A DNA stretch of 63,980 bases, filler included, from Piptocephalis cylindrospora (taxonomy: Eukaryota), in assembly GCA_003614145.1 (NCBI GenBank). It is 3 parts of 3 records of this genome, joined end to end, with 100 filler letters (N's around TTAATTAATTAA, not from the genome) between each part and the next. Parts side by side here need not be neighbours in the genome. Positions count along the whole stretch, not along the records: positions 24,029 to 47,824 come from KZ987791.1; 2 more parts are not named here. The stretch is one strand, 5' to 3'. Positions 24,029 through 35,332 of this stretch are shown piece by piece (the first letter of the stretch is position 1; each line of letters starts with the position of its first letter). Below the pieces are notes generated by a model that saw nothing but the letters and a program-made list of their open reading frames with translations, was not told the origin of the DNA and searched no databases. A program made the translations under genes and the position numbers.

Positions 24029-24939
24029 CGCGGAGGATGGGGTAGAGGGGTGAGAGGATGGCATTGGATGGGATGGAATAAAGAGAAGAGGGAAGAAAGA
24101 GAGATGGGATAGGGTGGGATGGGATGGATGAAGGGAGATGGGGCGGGAAGAGAATACAAGTAATAAAGAAGCCCGAGTCACATTGACAAGGCATACCGGA
24201 CATGAGTTCACTTATATACTTTCTACCTTGGTAACGTCCTTGCGCTAATTGGAGAGTGGGTGGAGAGTCTGACAAGTGAGGGAGGAGCCTGAGTGTGTAT
24301 TGTGTGACTTGGGCAGTCCATCGCTCTATGCTGTGGGCGGAGGTGAGATGATGGTCACGCATAGTGTAAGGGACGGGGTCTCAGGTGGGGCTTTAGGGGA
24401 GTGTCATAGAGCGAGAGTGCGTATTATTAGGATGGAGGTGGCACGGGACCCAGGGAGGAGAACGATGATGACTCCTTTGCGTAGAGATGGAGTGGGCGAG
24501 CGTGAGGGGCGTTGGTCTGGGTCTAGTCAGTCTGGGTTTGGAGGCCTTGGTAAGTGAGGGGTTAGGTCAGCCATATTGGACCCTGGATCTCGTGGTGTGC
24601 CCAGGAACTCCTCTCTTCTTTGTCCCTCCTCCTCTAGGGGGAGGGGAGAGAGGCTTTGGTTTTGTTGTGTACAGAACAGGGCTAGGGCCGGCCCAGGGCG
24701 CTGAACTGCCCTTTAGGATTCCTGGTTCATGGTCGAGTGGGAGAGGCAAAGGGGATGACCATTTCCCATCTTTGTGTAAACCCACTAGGTGGTTCCAAGA
24801 AAGGTCATGAGAGCGCACTTTCAGGCTTTGAGGAGGAGATGGATGGCGAAGAGCAACAGAGGCGCATTGGTGGGTCTCTATGCTGATCTCACTTCACATA
24901 AGCGGAGATGAGATTAGAAGGTGCTAGAAGGATGACAGG

Positions 24940-25242
24940 ATCAGATAAGGTTGTCTCTTGGTGCTGGGCAAGTACTGCAGCCGACCAGAGAGGGATAAAA
25001 AGGGCCGAATCAGACTGTCCAGTGTCGCTGAATAAGTGCTGTGGTCAAGAAACGGCGCGTGGGAAAAAGATCATTTGCAAATGTGTGTTACCAAGGGAGC
25101 TTGGATGGATTGGCCTGGAGAATAATGTACCGGATTACCGAATGGCTGTAGGAAGGACACGGAGCGGATGCCATAGTCTGCTATAGACAGATAGATAAAT
25201 AAAAGGACGTGGCGTAGATTTACACAGTCTCCCTTATCAGAT
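24940..25242. promoter_or_regulatory. Two putative iron-responsive GATA elements (ATCAGATAA at 24940-24948; TTATCAGAT at 25234-25242)
   Basis: Exact matches to ATCWGATAA, the consensus of fungal iron GATA repressors (SreA/Fep1/Urbs1 type). Confidence 0.55.
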
Positions 25243-25370
25243 CTCATGTTGAAAGCGGAAGAAATAACAAAAAGGGCACATTTAAACCCAGCTAGCCTAA
25301 CATAATCTAATCAGCTTTATCCGTGCGACCTAGGTCTGGATCCCCGTTCCTCTTACTTCCCTCCACATAT

Positions 25371-27600
25371 TCACTCCAACCGCTCATCAGCAACAGCCTC
25401 AGCACCAGTATACAAGAGGACATTGGGGACCTTGCGATACACATAGTCCCGGTAGAGACCGTCAAGTTTCATGCTAACAAAGCACTTGAGATCGACCATG
25501 GGGGCCATAAAATAATCCCACAGGGGGTCATGGGAGGGAATGTAGGTGGCAAAGAGATCCCGGGTGATCTTCCAGCCCTCGCCCGAGTAGTGCAGATCCA
25601 AGGCACGGATTAGGGCTTGAAGGTGATTTTGGATCAGAGTATGGAAGGCTACTCCGTAGACCTGAGTCGATGGATAGGTGGAAGAAGGGAGGTGGAGAGG
25701 GTGAGATCATTGAAAAAAGCCTTTATCTCAGGCCACAGATCCTAGACTTACCTCCTTGATGTCATTCGCTTTGGTGAAGCTTCCGGGAAGGACATCGAGG
25801 TCCTCGTCCAAGACACTTTTGAGTTTCTGAGTATCAGCCTTGATCCCTCCAAAGTCACGGATGGCAAAGCCAAGAATTTTTCCCGGTTGTGTGGGGTCCA
25901 GACGGACCAATGTATTTTGTCCGTGACTCTCAAAGGCAAAGCCCACTTCAAGGACCGGGAGGAGGAGGCACTGGAAGAGGGAATCCACATATCTATGGGG
26001 TGGGACGGTTAGCAGCAGATTGAAGGGTTGTTAATCTGAGTAAAGACCATAGGGCTGACCCACCTGGTTAGAAAATCCACTCTGGAGGCATGACTGTCCA
26101 GGGAAAAGAGACGGATGCAATGGGGAGTCTCAGTGGAGTCGGCCTCAACGAGTCCAGCGCATAAAATAACCTGCTCTCCCGGAGGACAGGCCAGGGAGGG
26201 TTCTTGACGGATGATGCAGCCTGCGTGCTTGGCCACATCATGATCCAGATCCTGGGGGACAGCACTGGCCACTTCCCGTAGGATACGCAGATTGCGATAT
26301 CTGGCCTCCATCTTGTCCATGATCCGTGCCATTCCTGGGCCTTGGTAGGTGGTCCATCGAGTGACGGTGCGAAGGGCGCTGGTGACCTTGATACCAAGGG
26401 CCAGTTTAATGGCGATATCCGGGGTGCAATCCGGGACCACCGTCCTTAAGGAGGCCTGAGCCCTGGCGGGTACACCAAGGCCTGGGAGGACTCTTGCCCT
26501 TGGAAAATGCTTGTGAATATTAGGAAGCTGGAGCGGATGAGCAGGGAGGATGGTCCAGTTAGCGGGGATGGTGTCATCGCCCGTGGGGAGGCTCTGTCCA
26601 GCATCCCTCAGGATACGAAAGATCCATGAGTCAAAATCCGCACGTAAAAGGACATCTTCCCTGGGAAAGGCGACAAAAGCGATGGTGATGTGATTAAGTG
26701 GGGTGGAGACGGGCTCAATGGGCAGGAGGGGATCTACCGCATATCGAGATCGGTGCATCTATCAGGAGCAAAATGAGGGAGTTAATATATGGAATACTAG
26801 GGGTATAGATGGTGAGAAGGGAGGAATGAGCGTACAGGATGGGTAGGGTGACCTTCGACAAGGCTTTGTTCCCAGTCGATGGAAGAGCACGCCAGGGTAG
26901 GAGGGTTTGGGCGATGAGATATGGCGTAGGTGGCGTGATCAACGGACGAGGCCAGCTCCTCGTACAGGCCTTCGGAAAGAGAGTTTCCTGGTGGGTGGAC
27001 CGGGGATCCAGAGGAAGAAAGCCAGGTGATGACGGTCTGCATCAAGCTGACAGGGGAGGACTCTTCCAAAAGAAGGAGGTCCGGATGGATCTTGGGCTAT
27101 GGTTAAGGGGATGAGGGGTGGAGGAATGAGTAAAAAGATCAAGGATTTTTCCTGAAAAGGGAAGGACTTACAGGCGATCTGGGGGATATGATGATTTGAG
27201 AGGGATATGTCTTGGGAGCAAGACGTGCACAGAATGACTTGAGATCTTGAGGATGCAAGAAAGTGATCTCGGGGGGAGAGGCGCCCTTCTCCCCAGGGGT
27301 CGTGGGAGAGAGGATGGGGAGATAAGGGCCTAGGAGGAAGAGATAGTCCCCGGATGCTGGATGGCGGGGGGTTGCTGCTCCATCCTCTAGATTCTTTCTC
27401 GAGATCCAGCACCAAGCATGGGATGGGGATGACTCGGACTGGGGGCTTGGGAAGAGCAAGGATGCCTGAACAAGGCCCTCAGTGACCAGACATGCCACTA
27501 ACCGAGTCAGGGTAGCGTAGCGGGCTTGTCGAGAGGAGGGATTCATTTGGATGGAAGATGCTGGGCTCTCTGCAAGAGAGGGTACTTGAGGAGGGGCCAT
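25371..27600 (-). CDS. IucA/IucC-family NRPS-independent siderophore synthetase (rhizoferrin synthetase Rfs-like), 5 exons, ~638 aa
   Basis: Exons 27600-27172, 27096-26836, 26758-26064, 25992-25752, 25661-25371 total 1917 nt in frame. Motifs RLVACLVTEGL, EQSLVEGHPTHPMHRSR, PAHPLQ, QASLRTV, IKLALGIKVTSALRT, FESHGQNTL, IRDFGG. Confidence 0.92.
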
Positions 27601-28061
27601 ATCGGTGCCTGGGAGAGGATGGTGTAGACGGACGGAGCGAGGGGAAGGGGAGAGAGAGATGATGAGAGGTGATGAGCCAGGCCAGGTGCCTTCTATTTAA
27701 CTTGTCTACCAAAGCCCTTCTTCATCCAAGCCCATTTTGGCCACGTCCCCCTACCCAGCCAACCATTGCCGGGATCAACGTAGAGGAAAGGGATAGACAG
27801 GGCAGGGGAGGATCAGGAGAGGGGGATGGAGCGAGGGAGTGACCTGAAGGGCCATGTAAGAAGGGCTCGGAATTCTCAATAATCCCTGTCCCACCAAGTA
27901 AAGGGGGTCCTTTGCTTCCTTCATACTCCACTTTAGACTATGTCAGTCTATTCAAAGTCCACGAGTTCCTGCGTCCTCCTCGCCTATTCTTATGACGTGT
28001 GTGTGTGTGTGTGTCACAGAGACACTCATCCCACTGGTTCTGCTCTTGGGAAGGGTGGTCC

Positions 28062-28432
28062 TTATCAGATTAGCATCGGAGCCGCCAGAGCCCGCACCTC
28101 GTGCCAAGACCTCTTTGAGTGGGTTGGCTGGTTGGGGCAAGGGGATGACGAGAAGGGTTGGGAGATGGGGAAAAAGAAGAGTCTCGGAGAAGGAAAGTTC
28201 GTGATGGGAATAAAGGTTCATCCTTGGGGGATTTGTTTTAGGAGTGAGTTGATTCCCCCCCCTCTCCTTTGTTGCACTCGGTGGGGATGGCTTGCATGTC
28301 TCGATCATGGAGGCTGGGTGGAGAGGAAGACAAGTCGACGCGGGAGGATCATTGTACACGCGCTGATTAACAAGACAACTTCTTTCCCTTCTCCTCTCTA
28401 CACAGCCAGGAGATGTGGTTTTGATCTGATAA
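28062..28432. promoter_or_regulatory. Two putative iron-responsive GATA elements upstream of the NIS synthetase (TTATCAGAT at 28062-28070; ATCTGATAA at 28424-28432)
   Basis: Exact ATCWGATAA matches about 460 and 820 nt upstream of the ATG, plus GATAAG at 28491. Confidence 0.7.
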
Positions 28433-28738
28433 AGGACTGTGATGTGTGGGTTTTTTTTATAACGAAAAAGACAACCGCTCCCAGCAGCATGATAAGTTAC
28501 GTTTCTCCTCTCTTCCCATCACTAGCACACACACACACACACACACATACAGGAGACACTGGAGAACAGTGGGATGAAGGAGAGAGGGGATAGGCAGCTA
28601 GTATGGTCAAGGTGCGCCAGAGCAAAATGAGGACCAGACAAGGGAAGCGGGGTGAAAGGACAGTCTCCTCCTCATCTTACTTAAAAGGTAAAAAGGAGGC
28701 AGATGGGTTTTGCATACAGGTCAAAAACCCCATTCTTT

Positions 28739-29344
28739 TTAGTCGCGGCTGTTGGATGAGGACTGGCTTCCCTCATGGGCCCTGAAACCGTGACTGGTGC
28801 TGTTGTTGAAATGCCCAGAGTCATGGCCATCAGGCTGCTTTCCACAGGGAGGGGTGGATCCGTTGCTAGGGAAGCGCTGTCGTTCCCGGGTAGCTTCCTT
28901 TCCCAGACGGTCAATCTCGGTGGTGAGGACATTCCAGGCAATCCAGACGACAAGGCCAAGGAAGGAGGTGTCTTGGGCGGGAAAGGAAGAGGTGTCCATC
29001 TGGAGATCTTCGGCCGTTTCACGCGCTGACCTTCGAAAGTCCTCCCCTAATCTCTGGGACCAGTCACGGATGCTGGGCATGGGAAGGATGAGGGAGGCGA
29101 GGGCGGAGAGGCACGAGAGCCACAGGTCTAGGAGGGAGAGGAGAGAGGTGAGGAGGAAGAGGAGGAGAAACGCAGTCAGGGAGACCGAGGCTACGGCCAG
29201 AGCCGATATAATTCTTGCCACTGGGGTAGGTAGGACCCTAAGGAGATGGACCAAACCACGAGCCAGTGCAGCAGGGGCTTGAAGCGAGGTTAATAATAGC
29301 CCCAAAAGGAGCGAGGGGGATGACTGAGGAGTGGGGGAAGACAT
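28739..29344 (-). CDS. Hypothetical hydrophobic (membrane) protein, ~200 aa
   Basis: ORF from MSSPTPQ with a long Leu/Ala/Ser hydrophobic stretch and a second segment FLGLVVWIAWNVL. Confidence 0.55.
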   Translation of the reverse strand: MSSPTPQSSPSLLLGLLLTSLQAPAALARGLVHLLRVLPTPVARIISALAVASVSLTAFLLLFLLTSLLSLLDLWLSCLSALASLILPMPSIRDWSQRLGEDFRRSARETAEDLQMDTSSFPAQDTSFLGLVVWIAWNVLTTEIDRLGKEATRERQRFPSNGSTPPCGKQPDGHDSGHFNNSTSHGFRAHEGSQSSSNSRD

Positions 29345-29757
29345 TATTGATTCAGTGGTGAGAGATGAGAGACGGCTCCGAGATGGGGGTGATAGGGATG
29401 ACGGGGGAGGGGGAGGGGGAGGGTATGCCGGGGAAAGGTGGAACAGAGTGAAGAAAGAATGTACAATGGAGAGGGCGAGGACGTAGGGATGACCAAAGGC
29501 AGGGGTTGGTGCATGACCTGCAGCTGCGAGGCGGCGGAGTCTACACGTCCCCCAGAGACCTCTTTCCCTTTCCATGTGACGCGCGACTACTCCGAAGTGA
29601 GTTTTTTTGAAGAGGAGAGGGGGGCTTGATCGGATAGGCGGTTGGAGAGGATTTTGCCAGACTGAGCGATGCTGTTAGACGGGATGCGTTTATTATTATT
29701 ATTATTATTATTATTCAAGGGATATCGACTTTATCATCGTTGATCCCTCATCGCCCT

Positions 29758-30624
29758 CTATTCTTCGTCGCACTTTTGCCTTTTACTCTTCTTGTCCTTT
29801 TTGCTCTTTTTGTCCTTTCGCTTTTTACTCTTCTTCTCCTTCTTCTCCTCCTCCTTCTCTTCATTGTCATCATCAGTTTTGTGAATCTCAACTCTCCTGG
29901 AGATCTGGACTTGCTCTACCTTGACGTAGGAGGATAGGGTAGGATCTACCCGGGATAGCTTGCCGGTTTGGTAGCCCCGAGCACCTTTGCGGGCCGTCCG
30001 ACCCTCACAGGCCTCGAGAAGCTGGGCATCCGTGATGGCCACGCTATAATCCAGCTTCTTTTCCTCCTTTTTCTTTTCCTTTCCGTCCACTGATGTAGAT
30101 TTTACAAACATCCCATAAAGAAGAGAGCTTGCCAGGGCAGGTTCCTTTTCACTCTTTTCCTCGCCGTCCTCCTCCTCATCTGATATGCACTTCGTGGGCC
30201 TTTGAGTGCTAATGATTCCCTGGGCATTCCTATCCTCCGAGCCGCTTGGGCCCTTGAGTTGGACTCCGATTTCACCATCTTGATCCTTTTCCGTCTATGA
30301 GGTAAAGGTGAGTGCTGATCCCATTTCATCTTTTCCTCGCCCCATCCCATCCATCCTCACCTGAATGGCTTGACAGCTCTTGTTGTACACATGATCCCAC
30401 CAGGCAAAGCCCCATTCGTCTCCCTTTCCTTGACCAACACCAGCTTGGTCTGTCTTTTGGACAACGGCAATGGCCTTGGTAATGCCCTTTCTTCCCTCCT
30501 TGCCCAGCCCCTCACCCCGTTGCCAACCCGCCTTGGCTAGCTGGCTTTGAGCAAAGCTACCGTACCGACGGTCACCTTGGGTGGTATGGTCCTCTGACCA
30601 TTTACTCTTAATCTTTTTGGCCAT
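29758..30624 (-). CDS. G-patch domain protein (GPATCH4/Tma23-like), 2 exons
   Basis: G-patch FAQSQLAKAGWQRGEGLGKEGRKGI...GVG followed by WWDHVYNK. Intron 30360-30295 joins in frame to LYGMFVK, LLEACEGRTARKGAR and a Lys-rich tail. Confidence 0.88.
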
Positions 30625-31110
30625 TGGTGCGAGAGAGTGGATGGGGAGAGAGATGACAGAAAGGAAAAAAAGAAAGAGGAGAGAGTGTTGTTTCTTTTTG
30701 TCCTGCCTGTCTGTGTCTGGAGTGAGCTGGATGAATTCTGACCACCAGCGTCTTTCCCCCCGCTTTTCATCCCAATTTCAAATAGTGTGCACATTTAAAA
30801 AGGTATAATTTCAAATTCGCTTTTCACCCCTACCCGGAACTCTCCGTCCTTGAGAGGGGGTTATCGTCACTGTGTAGCAGCTTCCTCTCCCCTCACATAG
30901 AGCGAGAGAGGGGTACTCCTTACCTCAATCTCTCGTCAGGGCGGCGGAACAACACGTTCCACACAAGCGACACTTTTCCCTTTCCTACCTGCGCTCACTA
31001 CGCTTCCTCTACGCACAACACACACATACACACACACACATACCCTCCCTCCCCTTTTCCTCCTTCCTCTTTACCTCTTCTCTCACCCCATCCTGCAAAC
31101 CTCCCTCGAC

Positions 31111-31351
31111 ATGTCTGGACCTCAGCAAATCATTGAAAAGCAACGCTTCTTTCAGGTAAGACTTTCAGGGCCCTCTCGACCCTTCTTCATCTAGTCTCAC
31201 CTCTACGTTGCTGTAGGCCCCCACCCATACTCCCCTCTTCCTTCGTGGACCCAGGGATAAGGTTCTGTTTGCCCTGTTCTCGGGCAGCATCCTCGTTGGT
31301 CTTGGCCTCTCCTCCACTGGACTCGTCCAGATGATCCGTGGCAAGAAATAA
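31111..31351 (+). CDS. COX7: Cytochrome c oxidase subunit VII (59 aa, 2 exons)
   Basis: Exons 31111-31155 and 31217-31351 (GTAAGA...CTGTAG) give MSGPQQIIEKQRFFQAPTHTPLFLRGPRDKVLFALFSGSILVGLGLSSTGLVQMIRGKK: the COX7 IIEKQ.FFQ / P.FLR..RD pattern plus one TM helix. Confidence 0.85.
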
Positions 31352-31797
31352 GTAGAGGAAATACGGAGTCTGTTGACTAGGTATCCTTTTCAACCGCGAA
31401 CGGGAGGAAACCGGTCTGTTTATCACTATTGACTCTATCAAGAGAAAGAGATTAGTTAGGCTCCCCTTCCTCCCTCTCTTTCTTTTCCTTCAAACATGGA
31501 TGACCTTTTTTTCTCCTTGATCTCCCTCTCTATCCAGAATCATCCTTTATGATGAGCCATTTTATGCCATTTGATGACCGTTATATAGCCGCCCTTCCTT
31601 TTTCTTGTCCTTTCCATGGCCCTCTCCCGGCCCTCCTCTTCCGTGACCGCACGTCCATCCATCATGACACACCCACAACAATGAATAATCCATCAAACAG
31701 GTAGAAAGGGAGAGTGTCCCTGTTTAATAGCAGCAAACACTCGTTGGTCAACATGCCATACACATTCATCGTCATACAATAGCCTATCCCCCCCCTT

Positions 31798-32157
31798 TCA
31801 TTTAGATTGCTTCTCCTGACTGGTCGATGGAGAGACCCCTGCTGCGGTCAGCTTGGAGAGCAATGGTAGGGTGGGAAGGAAGGCCCGGAGTCGTTGACCA
31901 AGGGCAGCAGTGCCCATCAAGGCCCTCATCCCCCCGCCGCAAAGGGCATCCTTGCCACTGAGGACCAGGGATCCGAGGAAGAAGACGACGAGGGCAGCCC
32001 CAGCCATGGAAAAGACAACGGCATAGGATATGACCAGAAGGAGGAGTCGGGGCAGGGCGGGGAATCGATTGACCAGTCCATGAAAGCGTTCCTGGTGTTC
32101 CCTGACCCTATCTGGCTTTGTGGTGGAGACTGGGGAGTTGGCCATGGTGTGCGACAT
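31798..32157 (-). CDS. Small hypothetical membrane protein (119 aa)
   Basis: ORF after a CT-rich leader, with a ~30-aa continuous hydrophobic stretch. Confidence 0.5.
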   Translation of the reverse strand: MSHTMANSPVSTTKPDRVREHQERFHGLVNRFPALPRLLLLVISYAVVFSMAGAALVVFFLGSLVLSGKDALCGGGMRALMGTAALGQRLRAFLPTLPLLSKLTAAGVSPSTSQEKQSK

Positions 32158-32983
32158 GTGGATGAGAGGGAGGAGGAGGAGGAGTGAACAAAGAAGAGAG
32201 GATAAGCTAGGAGTTGGAGAGGAGGGAGGCGAAGGCGGAAGGGATAGACCCTGGGGGGTGGGTCAGGGGTAGGTGGGTCGGGAGGGAGAGGAGAGGAGGG
32301 AGAAGAAAAGGACAGAAGGGGAAAGCCAGACACAGCAACGGAAGAGGAAGAGAAGCATGGATGTGGTTTCCCTTCATGATTTTACGTCTGGTGCCTGTGG
32401 GGGAGGGGGGTTCGGAGTGGGAGATGTCAGTGGAGAGATCGAGACGAGTGTGACCAGGGAGATGACGTTCTTTTCATGTAGGGTCTCGTGTCTTCATAGG
32501 GGTGTCCTGGGACTGATTACTACATGGTCGAGGGGACTCGTTCTAGATCTCTCTGTGAGGAGGAGGATGCTGCTAAGAGACAAGAGGCTGCTTCTAGTAC
32601 ACACATTCTCCGGCGGATGGTGATCGCCGTGAGGGGAGGAGAATGAACTGGATGGGAGGGAAAGCGAGAAAAGGATAAGGCGGTAAAGAAAATTGCCTCT
32701 GTTCAGAGCTATGACACGGAAACGGACGAGGATCAGGAGAGAGGAAAAGGGGGAGGAGGAAAGGAAGAGGGCAATGAACTGAAATGAAAAAGAAGGGACA
32801 CGATGGGGATAAGGAGGATGGATCAAGGAGGAAGAGGACATGGACATGTATGTGTGCAAGGGAGCATGGACGGTTTGATTGGGGTGGATGGGGAATGGAT
32901 CACACTCTTGACATCTCCCGGGTGCAAAGTTGCATCTCCTAGCTGCTCTCCTCTCCCCCTGCTTCCTCTCTACCCGCCAAGGT

Positions 32984-35332
32984 TCATCGTACATGCGAAT
33001 TTGTTGATACAACGGGATACCGACCGGTAGTGACGTTCAGAACGCCTCGTCGATTGCCTTGACCGGCAGGGACAGGGGGATCGGGACGACGGGCATCACG
33101 GGAATCAAAGACCTTCCAGAGACGGAGCATAAAGTCTGGGGAGCCGGAAAGGACACTTTCGCCATCTGGGGCGAGGGTAAGATAGATGACGCGTTTGGCG
33201 GAGGTCTCAAGACAGGCCATGTTGTGGAGGTTGTGGCCATCGTACCTCCAGACACGGAGAGAGCTATCCCGGTAGCCCTGGGCGGTGCACAGTTCATTGT
33301 TAAAGGGGGACCAGACGAGGTCACAGACCTGGGAGCCGGTGGGGGTCTCGGCGAGGAGTCGGGCGGTTGCGGTGGACCAGATGCAGAGCTTTTGGTCCTT
33401 GGCGCCGCCCGCCGAGGCCAGGACATGGCGTTCATGGGGGCTCCAGCCGAGGGCCTTGATGGCGCCTCGATGGTGGGAGAGGTTGTGGAGGGGGGTGCGG
33501 GCCATGCGATTATCCCAGATACGGACGATGTTGTCATTGCCCCCGGAGGCCCATAGACCATTGGGGGCGTCGGGAAGGACGGGGCGACGTGGGGCAAAGT
33601 GAGCGGGGTTACTGGCCCACTTGATGCGACAGACCTCGGAGGAATGGGCCCTTTCCAGACGATTGGCCTCTCCGACACGTGGGGAGGAGGGGGACGAGGG
33701 GATACGGACGTCCCGATGGGAGATGGAGCAGTCCTTGGACCCACTGGACAAGACGGGGCCCGTCCAATCGAGACATGTGACGCGATCCCAATGAGCGGGG
33801 ATACGTTGGACAAGTCGACCTCGACGAACATCATACAGGAGGATCCAGCCCTTTTTGGTGCCTACGGCCAGATGGGTACCTGACTTGATCCACGATACAC
33901 AGGTGACACTATCATCACGGGTGGCGGAGGCGGAGGGGCGGGGAAGGCCCTCTGGCCTTCTTCGACGTCGATTGGGGGTCTGAGGCATGGTCAATGGGTC
34001 CTGGGCGGATGAGGAGGAGGCGGTGGTGGGGGTGGGTTGACGATCTAGGGTAGCATCTCCTCCTCCGCCCCCGGATCCCGCGGCATGACCTCCGATGGTG
34101 AGTTCCTCCTCCTTGGACACATCACACAGGATGGTGACGTCTCCGTAGGCGCCCTTCCAGATGAAGACCATGGAGCCCAGGGCAACGGCAATGAGGTTGG
34201 TGGAGGACCAGTCGATGAGATTGAGGTAAAAGTCATCCACGAGCTTGGGGGCATCCAGGATACGGTAGGGGAAGGGGAGGAAGGGTCTGGAGGGGGGGAT
34301 GGGGGTGTTGAACGTGTCATTGGTGATGAGGGGATTAGCTACGTCCCGGGGATCGCCGTCGAAACCGACGGATAGATCCAAGGGCGGTAGATCCTCCAGG
34401 GCTCCGGCCTCACCGAGGACATATCGTCGTTCCTGCCGAGGTCTTAGGGTGGGGGAGATGATGTGATGACCGCCCCGGGGGCCAGCCCTACCCAAATCCT
34501 GCTGACGTCGGGTGGGGGAGGTGAGACGATGGTGGTAGAGTCGCATGTTGGCCTCGGCATACTGGCTCATCTCATCACGGACCCCAGAGGCGGTGGTGAA
34601 GCGGGAGGGACGGGAGGAGGGGGAGGAGGGGGCGGGGGCACGTCTTGATCGTGCCCCCGTGGCGATGGAATCATCAGGGTCCAGATCATCGAGGTCATCC
34701 ATGTCCAGATCACTACCAGCATCCCGGGCTAGATCGAGGAGGGAGGGGGGGTCATTGGGGTTGATGAGTCGCCCTCGGGTGGTGGTGTGGGAAGGACGAT
34801 GATGAGGGGGGGAGATGGCGTGGTGTAGGGGTCCGGAGAGAAAGCGATGATTGCCCCCCTCGCTCGTGGAGGCTGTGGGGCCCATGTGTAGAAAGTGGGA
34901 GCGACGTCGCGCCGGGGTGGACCTGAGGCCGGCGCGGGAGATGGGGGAGGAGTGTGGGGAGGTGCGACGCGTCCTCGCCCTAGGGGAGGTAAAGACGGAA
35001 CGGGGGGTGGTGGAGAGGGAGTTGAGGGTGAGGAATCTCTGGGATCTTCGAGCGCTGCCGGTCCGTGTATTCGGGGTGGCTGTGGTGTAGATGGGATCGT
35101 ACTTTCTCCTCCGTGGGGTCACAGGATGGTGAGGGAGGATGGAGGAGGCGCGAGAGGAGGCGCGAGAGGAGGTCCGGGCCCGTTGGGCGGACGAGGAAGA
35201 GGAGGAGGCGGTGGTAGTGGAGGAGGAGGTGGTGGCGGCTGCAGCGATGGCAGCGGAGGAGGAGGATGAGGAGGAGCCGTCGGGATTCGGGACGGATCCC
35301 TGTGATCGGGTAAAGTACCTACTTTGGGGCAT
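32984..35332 (-). CDS. Cdc20/Fizzy-family APC/C activator (WD40), divergent
   Basis: RILDAPKLVDDFYLNLIDWSS, LSSGSKD, AHSSEVCRIKW, ASGGNDN, HRGAIKALGWSPHERHVLASAGG, TGSQVCDLVWS; C-terminal HVR. Confidence 0.88.
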   Translation of the reverse strand: MPQSRYFTRSQGSVPNPDGSSSSSSSAAIAAAATTSSSTTTASSSSSSAQRARTSSRASSRASSILPHHPVTPRRRKYDPIYTTATPNTRTGSARRSQRFLTLNSLSTTPRSVFTSPRARTRRTSPHSSPISRAGLRSTPARRRSHFLHMGPTASTSEGGNHRFLSGPLHHAISPPHHRPSHTTTRGRLINPNDPPSLLDLARDAGSDLDMDDLDDLDPDDSIATGARSRRAPAPSSPSSRPSRFTTASGVRDEMSQYAEANMRLYHHRLTSPTRRQQDLGRAGPRGGHHIISPTLRPRQERRYVLGEAGALEDLPPLDLSVGFDGDPRDVANPLITNDTFNTPIPPSRPFLPFPYRILDAPKLVDDFYLNLIDWSSTNLIAVALGSMVFIWKGAYGDVTILCDVSKEEELTIGGHAAGSGGGGGDATLDRQPTPTTASSSSAQDPLTMPQTPNRRRRRPEGLPRPSASATRDDSVTCVSWIKSGTHLAVGTKKGWILLYDVRRGRLVQRIPAHWDRVTCLDWTGPVLSSGSKDCSISHRDVRIPSSPSSPRVGEANRLERAHSSEVCRIKWASNPAHFAPRRPVLPDAPNGLWASGGNDNIVRIWDNRMARTPLHNLSHHRGAIKALGWSPHERHVLASAGGAKDQKLCIWSTATARLLAETPTGSQVCDLVWSPFNNELCTAQGYRDSSLRVWRYDGHNLHNMACLETSAKRVIYLTLAPDGESVLSGSPDFMLRLWKVFDSRDARRPDPPVPAGQGNRRGVLNVTTGRYPVVSTNSHVR

